A program made the position numbers and the translations under genes. Below are positions 54,984-64,000 of a stretch of DNA of 64,000 nt, piece after piece. A model generated the notes under the pieces. The model had not been told where the DNA came from, did not search any database, and saw nothing but the letters and a program-made list of their open reading frames with translations. Numbering within the stretch: the first letter of the stretch is position 1; every line of letters starts with the position of its first letter. This DNA is from an uncultured Gemmatimonadaceae bacterium (GTDB lineage: Bacteria > Gemmatimonadota > Gemmatimonadetes > Gemmatimonadales > Gemmatimonadaceae): NCBI GenBank assembly GCA_963716745.1, contig OY970320.1, positions 1,152,001-1,216,000 on the forward strand, written 5' to 3'.

Positions 54984-55799
54984 GTGGACGCCGACCGCAC
55001 GCTCCAGGACTCGCTGATCCGCTTGATGGCGGACGCACCGTTCCGTCACGCGCTCACCCACGTGGACGGCGGCAGCGCGTACGGCGGCCTGTCGGCCGCG
55101 CAGGTGGACAAGATCCGCGCCGGCGAAGCGCGTCGCATCGATCGCTTCGCGAAATTCCTTGCGCGCGAGTTCTATCTGCGCCGCATCACGCACTATCACA
55201 AGTACTCCCGCGCACTCTCGCGCTTCACCGGGCGATCGCCCACGGGCCTGCTCTCCACGCCGGAGTTCGCGAATCTCCTGCCCACGGTGATCCTCGGCAG
55301 CCGCACCACCGCGCGTGACATCGCGCGCCTCGTGCAGGCGTACCTCGCCGACGCGCGCGGCGCGCCGCCGTACGCCGCCGATCTCGTGCGATACGAGAAC
55401 GCGCAGCTCATCGCCGAGAGCGGTCCGCGCGTCGTTTCCAGCACCCCGCTCCGCGCGCGGCCGCAACTGGCCGTGGTGGTGAATCCTGAAGCAGCGATCC
55501 TTCGCTTCGCGTGGGACCTTCCCGCGATCTTCCAGCCCCTGCTCGCGCTCGCCGCGAACGACGACGCGGCCGCGGAGCCGCCCGAGACCGTGAAGGAGGA
55601 GACGACCCTCGTCTTCGCCCGGTCGCCGCGCGGACGCGTCACCGTGCTGCGCTGGACCGAGACCATCGAGACGCTCACCGCGTATCTCGATGGCGAGCGG
55701 CCATTGTCCGACGCGATCGACGCCGCATCGATGCCGCCGCGAGAGGGGCTCGAGATCGCGAATGCACTTCTAGATGCCGGGGTCCTGATCCCGTCCTGA
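54984..55799 (+). CDS. MNIO partner-like protein (DUF2063/RRE-like by position and motifs)
   Basis: LQDSLIRL, PPYAADLVRYE, RFAWDLPAIF, C-terminal LDGERPL..LLDAGVL wHTH-like; 2 nt after the DUF692 stop. Confidence 0.6.
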   Translation: MDADRTLQDSLIRLMADAPFRHALTHVDGGSAYGGLSAAQVDKIRAGEARRIDRFAKFLAREFYLRRITHYHKYSRALSRFTGRSPTGLLSTPEFANLLPTVILGSRTTARDIARLVQAYLADARGAPPYAADLVRYENAQLIAESGPRVVSSTPLRARPQLAVVVNPEAAILRFAWDLPAIFQPLLALAANDDAAAEPPETVKEETTLVFARSPRGRVTVLRWTETIETLTAYLDGERPLSDAIDAASMPPREGLEIANALLDAGVLIPS

Positions 55800-55930
55800 A
55801 CCGCTGACGGCGGGACTGGCACCGCTGACGGCGGGATTGGCGTTGGATACTTCATGGGGGCCGGCGCGACGCGCCGGCCCCCAGCCTCATCTATCGCCAA
55901 TCCCGCCGTCAGCGGTACCAGTCCCGCCGT
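55800..55930. repeat. 21-nt-unit palindrome, copy 3
   Basis: accgctgacggcgggactggc accgctgacggcgggattggc ... gccaatcccgccgtcagcggtaccagtcccgccgt. Confidence 0.9.
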
Positions 55931-55998
55931 TATTGCTCCCGCACAGATCCGATGACGCGCTTCGGTCGTAGATACCCGTCCAAACCACGGGTCCCCCG

Positions 55999-56331
55999 AT
56001 GCGCACCGTTCTCGCGATCACCCTGCTTCTCCTTATTGGCCGGCCTGCGCCTCAGGCTGCCATCGCCTTGAGGGGATTCGGCGTCCACCCCGACACGCTC
56101 ACCGTCGTGGCTGGCACGCGGATCACCTTCACCAACGAAGACGACATCGAGCACACCGTCACCGCGGGCGTCCCGGATCATCCGGACGGCCGCTTCATGT
56201 CGGCGCTCAGCACCAAGGGCGCCACCTTCGCCGTGACGCTCACGAAGCCGGGGACCTACCCCTTCTTCTGCGAGCGGCACCCGTTCATGCACGGCGAGAT
56301 CCTCGTCACCTCACCGGAGAGCAAGCCATGA
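55999..56331 (+). CDS. Secreted cupredoxin (plastocyanin/amicyanin-like)
   Basis: NEDDIEHTVT and YPFFCERHPFMHG type-1 Cu ligands. Confidence 0.88.
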   Translation: MRTVLAITLLLLIGRPAPQAAIALRGFGVHPDTLTVVAGTRITFTNEDDIEHTVTAGVPDHPDGRFMSALSTKGATFAVTLTKPGTYPFFCERHPFMHGEILVTSPESKP

Positions 56332-56993
56332 CCCGTTCCACCCGCATGCCCCGCATGATCGCGCTCGCCCTCGGCGGCGTCGCCCTCGCCGGCGCGATCT
56401 CCAGCACGTCGGCGCGCCCCGCGGCGGCGCATCAACCCGCGGCGTCGATGACCGAGTGCGACCTCCGCGTCGCGCTCAATCATCTCCTGTCGGAGCACGT
56501 GTACCTCGCGTCCGACGCGACCGGCGCCGCGCTCGGCGGCCGGGATCCGGAGTTCAAGGCCGCCGTCGCCGCGCTCGACGCGAATTCCGTGGATCTCTCG
56601 AAGGCGATCGGCATGGTATACGGCCCCGACGCCGAGACCGCGTTCCTCGCGCTGTGGCGCCGTCACATCGGTTTCGTCGTGGACTACACCGTCGCGACGG
56701 CCAAGAAGGACGTGGCCGGCCAGACCAAGGCCGTGAACGCGCTGCTCGGCTATACGAATGACTTCGGCGCATTCCTGGCCGGCGCGAATCCGAATCTGCC
56801 CAAGGATGTGGTGGCGGGCCTCGTGAAGACGCACATCCTCACGCTCAAGGCCGTGATCGACGCGCAGGCCGCGGGTGATCTGGGCAAGGCCTACATGGAC
56901 GAGCGCACCGCCGCGGCGCATATGCAGATGATCGCCGATCCACTGGCGGCCGCGATTGCGAAGCAGTTCCCGGCGAAGTTCCCGATGAACTAA
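56328..56993 (+). CDS. Secreted helical His/Glu-patterned protein, function unknown
   Basis: Signal peptide; LLSEHVYLA, LWRRHIGF, VKTHILTL, AAHMQMIAD; ATGA coupling to cupredoxin. Confidence 0.75.
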   Translation: MTRSTRMPRMIALALGGVALAGAISSTSARPAAAHQPAASMTECDLRVALNHLLSEHVYLASDATGAALGGRDPEFKAAVAALDANSVDLSKAIGMVYGPDAETAFLALWRRHIGFVVDYTVATAKKDVAGQTKAVNALLGYTNDFGAFLAGANPNLPKDVVAGLVKTHILTLKAVIDAQAAGDLGKAYMDERTAAAHMQMIADPLAAAIAKQFPAKFPMN

Positions 56994-57150
56994 CTGCGAA
57001 CGGCGTCGCTGGTACCGCGAACGGCGGGGTTGGCACCGCCGACGGCGCGATTGGCGTTGGCGTTGGGAACTGCGACTCCGCTCGGAGCCAGCAGTTCCCA
57101 ACGCCAACGCTGAGCGCGCCGTTCGCGGTACCAATCCCGCCGTCAGCGGT
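56994..57150. repeat. 21-nt-unit palindrome, copy 4
   Basis: ggtaccgcgaacggcggggttggcaccgccgacggc..ggcgttgggaactgc / gcagttcccaacgcc..ggtaccaatcccgccgtcagcggt. Confidence 0.88.
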
Positions 57151-57219
57151 TGTCACTCTCCCAACCAATCGCGCGTATGGGATGTCGAAGGTAGGTCCTC
57201 CAACCCCACCGGGCCCCTC

Positions 57220-58251
57220 ATGCGCGCTACACTCGCTGCCGCACTGCTCCTCGCTCCGACCCTTCTCGTCGCCCAATCCGATCAACGGACCCTGAGCGGC
57301 TCGAGCATCGCGATCTACAACCTCGTCGGCCAGATCCGCGCGGTGGGCGGCACGGGCAGCGACGTGTCCGTCGCGGTCACGCGCAGCGGCCCCGATGCCG
57401 CGAAGCTCTCGATCGAGACCGGGATGATCGGCGGCAAGAACACCTTCCGCGTGATCTTCCCCGATACGCACATCATCTATCCCAAGCTCGGCCGCCACTC
57501 GACCACCACGCTCGACGTGAACGATGACGGCACGTTCAACAACAGGTCTCACGGGCGTCGCGTCCGCATCAGCGGCGACGGCACCGGTCTCGAAGCCGCC
57601 GCCGACCTCGTGGTCAGCATTCCGGCGGGCAAGACCGTGGCACTCAACCTCGGCGTCGGCAGCGTGAACGTGTCCAACGTCGACGGCAACATCAGCGTGG
57701 ATGCGGACGGCGCGGACGTCACCACCGAGAACACGAAGGGCAGTCTGTCGCTCGACACCGGATCCGGCGGCGCGAAGATCACCAATGCCGAAGGCGACCT
57801 CACGATCGACAGCGGCTCCGGTGAGGTCACGATCTCCAAGGTGAAGGGCTCCATCCTGAAACTCGATTCCGGTTCCGGCGACATTCGCGCCGACGCGATC
57901 GCGGTGGACAAGGCCGATCTCGACAGCGGTTCCGGCCAGGTGACGATCAATGGTCTCGGCGCGCGCCAGATCTCACTCGACTCCGGCAGCGGCGACGTCG
58001 ACATCGGCCTCACCGGCGACGTGGACCGCCTGGTGATCGACAGCGGCTCGGGCACGGTGACGCTGCGCATCCCCTCGACGCTCGGCGCCGAGCTCGACAT
58101 CGACGCGGGCAGCGGCGGCGTGAAGGCCGACATGGCGATCCAGGTGACGCACTACGAGAGCGACCACCTCATCGGCAAGATCGGCGACGGGAAAGGGAGC
58201 ATTAAGATCGACTCGGGTTCGGGTGAGGTGCGCCTGGTGAAGTCGAACTGA
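57220..58251 (+). CDS. DUF4097 adhesin-like beta-solenoid protein
   Basis: Signal peptide and repeated D-[ST]-G-S-G turns. Confidence 0.85.
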   Translation: MRATLAAALLLAPTLLVAQSDQRTLSGSSIAIYNLVGQIRAVGGTGSDVSVAVTRSGPDAAKLSIETGMIGGKNTFRVIFPDTHIIYPKLGRHSTTTLDVNDDGTFNNRSHGRRVRISGDGTGLEAAADLVVSIPAGKTVALNLGVGSVNVSNVDGNISVDADGADVTTENTKGSLSLDTGSGGAKITNAEGDLTIDSGSGEVTISKVKGSILKLDSGSGDIRADAIAVDKADLDSGSGQVTINGLGARQISLDSGSGDVDIGLTGDVDRLVIDSGSGTVTLRIPSTLGAELDIDAGSGGVKADMAIQVTHYESDHLIGKIGDGKGSIKIDSGSGEVRLVKSN

Positions 58252-58253
58252 GA

Positions 58254-58339
58254 ACTGCAGACCTAGACGCTAGACCTAGACGCTAGAAGGCGAAGGGCGT
58301 CGCGTTCTAACGTCTAGGTCTAGCGTCCAGCTCTGCAGT
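58254..58339. repeat. CTAGAC-type palindrome
   Basis: actgcagacctagacgctagacctagacgctagaa ... ttctaacgtctaggtctagcgtccagctctgcagt. Confidence 0.9.
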
Positions 58340-58356
58340 ATCGACATGATTGTGGC

Positions 58357-58809
58357 ATGGACGCACCCAACATCGCCGAGCTGAGCACCGAAGAGATCAC
58401 CGCCTTCCTCGACCGCAACCACGTCGGCCGCATCGCGTACTCAATGCATGACCGCGTGAACATCGAGCCGATCCATTACGTGCACGCCGCCGGCTGGCTC
58501 TACGGGCGCACATCGAAGGGGGCCAAACTCACCACGCTGCAGAAGAACATGTGGGTCGCGTTCGAGGTCGACGAGGTGAAGTCACTCTTCGACTGGCAGA
58601 GCGTGGTGGTGCACGGTGGCATCTACATCGTAGATCCCGAGACTCCACTGGGCGCGAAGGACGAGTGGAGCCACGCCCTCACCCTGCTGCGGAAACTCCT
58701 GCCCGCCACCTTCCGTGAGGACGACCCCGTTCCCTTCCGCGATGTCGTGTTCCGCATCGCTGTGCAGGAAGTGACGGGGAGGCGTTCATCGAGCAACGTG
58801 CATCGTTGA
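58357..58809 (+). CDS. Pyridoxamine 5'-phosphate oxidase-like FMN-binding protein
   Basis: VGRIAY, PIHY, GAKL, VAFEVD, WQSVVVHG, VTGRR. Confidence 0.88.
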   Translation: MDAPNIAELSTEEITAFLDRNHVGRIAYSMHDRVNIEPIHYVHAAGWLYGRTSKGAKLTTLQKNMWVAFEVDEVKSLFDWQSVVVHGGIYIVDPETPLGAKDEWSHALTLLRKLLPATFREDDPVPFRDVVFRIAVQEVTGRRSSSNVHR

Positions 58810-58848
58810 TCGTAATCTAGGCACGATGCCCGATGCACGATGTACGCA

Positions 58849-59551
58849 TCACGTCCCTCCAAACCACTCGTACCCCTCGTCGCTCCAGTATCCTCCATTC
58901 TGCGCCGGCAGGAACACGACCTTCGTGAGGTATTTCGTGTTCTTGTAGCCGAGCTTCACGGGCGAGTGCACGCGTGCCGGCGCACCGTGGTCGGGGCCGA
59001 GCATGTGATCGTCCATGGCGTACGCGACGAGCGTCTGCGGATGCATCGCGCTCGCGAGATCCCAGGACTCGTGGTAGTTGTCGTCAAAACTCTGGAAGTC
59101 GACGAAGCCGGCATCCGGAGTCACGCCCGCCAGCTGCGCGAGCGTGCTCACGCGCACGCCTCGCCACACCGCGACCGCGGTCCATCCCTCGACGCAGAAA
59201 TGGTCCACCCGCTGCTGGATCGCGGGCAGCTTCATCAGATCATCCAGCGACAGCTTGAGCGGCGTCTTCACTGCACCGCTCACTTCGAGCGACCATGGGC
59301 CGCGCACTCTCTCGTCCCACATCGGCACGTGGTCCGAGATGAAGTACGATGGGAACGAGTGTCCGGCGGAGAGCGCCCGCGCGCTCGCGCGGTCGATCGA
59401 GCGGTGACGGAAGAGGCCCGCTTCGACGATCTGATTCTTCTTCTCCGCGAACTGGAGCAACGGCTGCGCGGCGCGCGGTCCCTGGCTGTCGCACGCCTCG
59501 AGCACCGCCGCGGCGAGCGCGAAGGCGCCCGTGCGCAGGAAGTCGCGTCGA

Positions 59552-59562
<11 letters not shown>
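58849..59562 (-). CDS. Tat-exported molybdopterin oxidoreductase (sulfite oxidase/MsrP-like)
   Basis: DRRDFL, HFCVEGW, HPQTLVAY, HGAPAR, KLGYKNTK, GGYW. Confidence 0.9.
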
Positions 59563-61154
<1,592 letters not shown>

Positions 61155-61155
61155 C

Positions 61156-61459
61156 TGAACTACAACTGCGACTTCGTCACTTGCACGCTTCGCTCTGCAG
61201 TCAACAGTAAACAGTCATTGAGTAATGGCCAGTCGACAGTCAACAGTCGACAGCCAACAGAAAACTGATCGAGGGGGCGGTGAGTGCGCTGTGCACTCGT
61301 CGCCCCCTCGTTGACTGCGGCCAGTAACGGCGCACCTACCTCGCGCGCGGAACCGCTTTCTGTTGGCTGTAGACTGTTGACTGTTGACTGGCAGTCACTC
61401 AATGACTGTTTACTGTTGACTGCAAAGTGAATCGTGCAAGTGATGCAGTCCGCAGTTCA
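61156..61459. repeat. About 300-nt nested palindrome of CAACAGT heptamers between convergent genes
   Basis: tcacttgcacg/cgtgcaagtga, tgcagtcaacagtaaacagtcattgagt/actcaatgactgtttactgttgactgca, cagccaacagaaa/tttctgttggctg; inner hairpin 61270-61310. Confidence 0.92.
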
Positions 61460-62503
61460 CTCAGAAGCCTTCCGGACCAATGGAGAGTAGCCCACCCCCT
61501 CCGGCTCCCGTCCAACGAAAACCGTCCCAATAATATCTCTCTTCCCAACCGACACGATCGCGATCCCATCCACCGCCCCCAATGCCACGAACGCCCACGC
61601 GCCGTCCGGCGTCATGGCGATCCCCAAGGGCACAGTATTACTCTCATAACCCTCGGCCGACGTCGCGCCGTGCATCGCCGCTTTCGAGATCTGCATCCGG
61701 ATCGCGTTCACTTCCTTGCGCGTCGCCACATCGATCACGCGCAGTTCGGAGGATTTCGCGCAGGTCACCAACGCCAGCTTTCCATCGGGCGTGAAGCGGA
61801 TGCGCATGGGATAATTTCCCGTCCCGATCGTCGCGAGCACCGACAGATCGTTCGCGGAGAGCACCGTGATCCCGTTCGACGCGCGGCTCGTCACCCACAC
61901 TTCCTGGCCGTCGGGACGCAACGCGAGTCCCTCGGCGCCCTTCGGCAGCACTGCCGTCTTCAGCGTCGAGCGCGCCGCCACGTCGATGATGGACACGCTG
62001 CCCGACACGAGATTCGTGACGTACGCGCGGCTGCCGTCGGCTGAGAGCGCGAATAGCTGCGAGCCCGCCTGTCCCGTGCGGATCACCGCCGTCACCACGC
62101 CGCTGTCCACGTTGAGCACGAGGATCGCGCTGTCCGATTCGCTCGTCACGAGCGCGTTCTTCCCGTCGGGAAGCCACACGATACCGTGCGGCCGCCGGTG
62201 CGGCGCGAGCGAGATCGTCCGGTCGAGCGCGCCCTGCGAGATGTCGATCACATCGATCGTCGAGCCGGCGGCACGCGGCGGCCCGTAGTCGCTTACGAGC
62301 GCGAACTTCCCGTCGGGCGACACCGCCACTTCATGCGGCCCCTCCCCCGTCGCGATCGTGGCCGTCACAGCGCGCGTCTTGAGATCCACGAGCGACACCG
62401 TGGACCCCGCCTTGTTCACCACCACCACCGTCCCCGTCTGCGCGGCCGCCGTTGCCGTGCATACGAGAACCGTCGCCATCGCCAAGGCTCTACCTGCTCT
62501 CAT
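61457..62503 (-). CDS. Secreted YVTN/YncE-type beta-propeller protein
   Basis: Repeats TGEGPHEVAVSPDG, AYVTN, GAEGLALRPDG, YPMRIRFTPDG. Confidence 0.88.
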   Translation of the reverse strand: MRAGRALAMATVLVCTATAAAQTGTVVVVNKAGSTVSLVDLKTRAVTATIATGEGPHEVAVSPDGKFALVSDYGPPRAAGSTIDVIDISQGALDRTISLAPHRRPHGIVWLPDGKNALVTSESDSAILVLNVDSGVVTAVIRTGQAGSQLFALSADGSRAYVTNLVSGSVSIIDVAARSTLKTAVLPKGAEGLALRPDGQEVWVTSRASNGITVLSANDLSVLATIGTGNYPMRIRFTPDGKLALVTCAKSSELRVIDVATRKEVNAIRMQISKAAMHGATSAEGYESNTVPLGIAMTPDGAWAFVALGAVDGIAIVSVGKRDIIGTVFVGREPEGVGYSPLVRKASE

Positions 62504-62623
62504 CTCTCCTCCGCGATCTGGATTCCAGACTCCAGAATGTACCTCGAACGCACGTCTGTCGACGCACGACTCCCGACTCTCGCCTCTTGTCGTTGTTTGT
62601 TTGAACCCCCCATCTTCCCAATC

Positions 62624-63700
62624 GTGCCTCTCCTTCCGCTCTACGGCCACGATGCGCTCCGCCTCCGCCTCCGCGACGCGGTCGCGCGCGGTGCGCTGCC
62701 CGCGAGTCTCATGCTCCACGGCCCGCGTGGCATCGGAAAACAGCGCCTCGCGCTGTGGCTCGGCCAGCTCCTGTTGTGCGACGGCAGCGGCGAGCATCCG
62801 TGCGGCACATGCACCCAATGCAAGTACGTTCTGCAGCTCGTGCATCCCGACCTTCGCTGGTTCTTCCCGCGCCTCAAGGCCGACAGCGCGGATGATCCCG
62901 CGCCGCAGGAAGTGCTCGACGAGTATGCCGAGGCCGCCAGCGAACGTGCGGCGAACGGCGGATTGTATGCCCCGCCGTCCGGCCTCGAGGCGATCTTCGT
63001 TGCGTCGGTGCGCGGGCTCGTGCAGCACGCGGCATACACGCCCACGGTGGCGAAGCGCAAAGTGCTCATCGTCGGCGACGCCGAGCGGATGGTGGCGCAG
63101 GCCGGCGCCGAAGCGGCCGCGAACGCGTTCCTGAAGCTGCTCGAGGAGCCGCCGGCCGACACCACGGTGATCATCACGACGAGCGAGCCGGGCGCGCTCC
63201 TCCCCACGATCCGGTCGCGCGTCGTCGCGCTGCGTGTCGCGCCGCTGCCCGAGCGCGATGTGCGCGCATGGCTCGCGAACGCGCAGGTGCGCACCGCACT
63301 CGACGAGGCCGGAGCGCCCAAGGGCGACGACGCGCGCGCGGAACTCGCCGCCGGCGCGCCGGGTCTGCTGCTGGCGTCAGCTTCGCGCGACGAGGCCGTG
63401 ACCGCGGCCCGGCAGCTGCTCGCCGCCGCGACCGGCGACCGCGCCACACAGGCGCGCGCGATATTGTCCTTGGGCGGATCGAAGGCGCGAGGCTTCTTCT
63501 CCGACATGCTGGATGCCATGACGTCGCTCCTGCATCAGCGAGCGCGCGAGGCCGTGACGCACAACGACCCGCACGCCGCGGTTGCCGCGAGCCGGGCGAT
63601 CGACGCCGTGCAGGAAGCGCGCGAGGGCGCCGCCAATAATCTCAATCCGCATCTCCTCGGCGCGGCGCTCGTGCGCAGTCTCGAGCGGACTCTCGGATGA
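62624..63700 (+). CDS. holB: DNA polymerase III delta-prime subunit
   Basis: HGPRGIGK, PCGTCTQC, HPDL, AANAFLKLLEEPP, LLPTIRSR. Confidence 0.9.
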   Translation: MPLLPLYGHDALRLRLRDAVARGALPASLMLHGPRGIGKQRLALWLGQLLLCDGSGEHPCGTCTQCKYVLQLVHPDLRWFFPRLKADSADDPAPQEVLDEYAEAASERAANGGLYAPPSGLEAIFVASVRGLVQHAAYTPTVAKRKVLIVGDAERMVAQAGAEAAANAFLKLLEEPPADTTVIITTSEPGALLPTIRSRVVALRVAPLPERDVRAWLANAQVRTALDEAGAPKGDDARAELAAGAPGLLLASASRDEAVTAARQLLAAATGDRATQARAILSLGGSKARGFFSDMLDAMTSLLHQRAREAVTHNDPHAAVAASRAIDAVQEAREGAANNLNPHLLGAALVRSLERTLG

Positions 63701-64000
63701 AGCGGCGAACGCTCACGCACACCGGCGACGATGGCGCCGCACGCATGGTGGATGTCTCGGCGAAAGTCGATTCCGAGCGCTTCGCGGTGGCGGCCGGAGC
63801 CATCCGAATGAAGGCCGAAACTCTCAAGGCCATAAAGCGGAACTCATTGGCCAAGGGAGACGTATTATCTGTAGCCAAACTGGCAGGGATCATGGCGGCG
63901 AAGCGAACTGCCGAGCTGATTCCCTTGTGCCATCCCCTGAATCTGGCTAATGTTAAACTTGTTCTAACCCTGGATCAGAAGCTGCCGGGGGTGCGTTGTG
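63697..64000 (+). CDS. moaC: Cyclic pyranopterin monophosphate synthase (runs off right edge)
   Basis: LTH..ARMVDVSAK, KGDVL, AGIMAAKRT, LIPLCHPL. Confidence 0.95.
   Translation, partial: MKRRTLTHTGDDGAARMVDVSAKVDSERFAVAAGAIRMKAETLKAIKRNSLAKGDVLSVAKLAGIMAAKRTAELIPLCHPLNLANVKLVLTLDQKLPGVRC

Noticed and set aside
57220..58251. Internal DNA repeats suggesting a variable locus
   Set aside because: Explained by protein-level DSGSG solenoid repeats of DUF4097

Overview
High-GC (roughly 70%) bacterial chromosomal window, probably from a Gemmatimonadota-like organism (inferred from gene content and order, not verified). Many genes are split by 1-nt indels, most likely long-read assembly errors. Core genes: mfd, lepA, ftsE/ftsX/EnvC-like, nfo, maeB, pckA, uvrA, tRNA-Asn, purE, holB, moaC. 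The best candidate for an undescribed system is a duplicated regulatory module at 16.2-25.5 kb. Two paralogous, apparently leaderless small ORFs each carry a hydrophobic N-terminus, an HxxHxPxxCAAC motif and a C-terminal RAPP ribosome-arrest-type motif exactly 45 codons after the second Cys (DUF2946/CruR/CutF-like). One precedes a TonB-dependent receptor, the other a TolC-MFP-CusA/CzcA heavy-metal efflux operon. Also notable: a DUF692 (MNIO)-like enzyme with altered metal ligands plus its partner gene, next to a cupredoxin and a His-rich secreted protein; many families of intergenic palindromes built from 6/7-, 9- and 21-nt tandem units; a PurE with a histone-H1-like tail; and a STAS-HATPase/STAS-like gene pair. 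No CRISPR array, integrase or transposase was seen.
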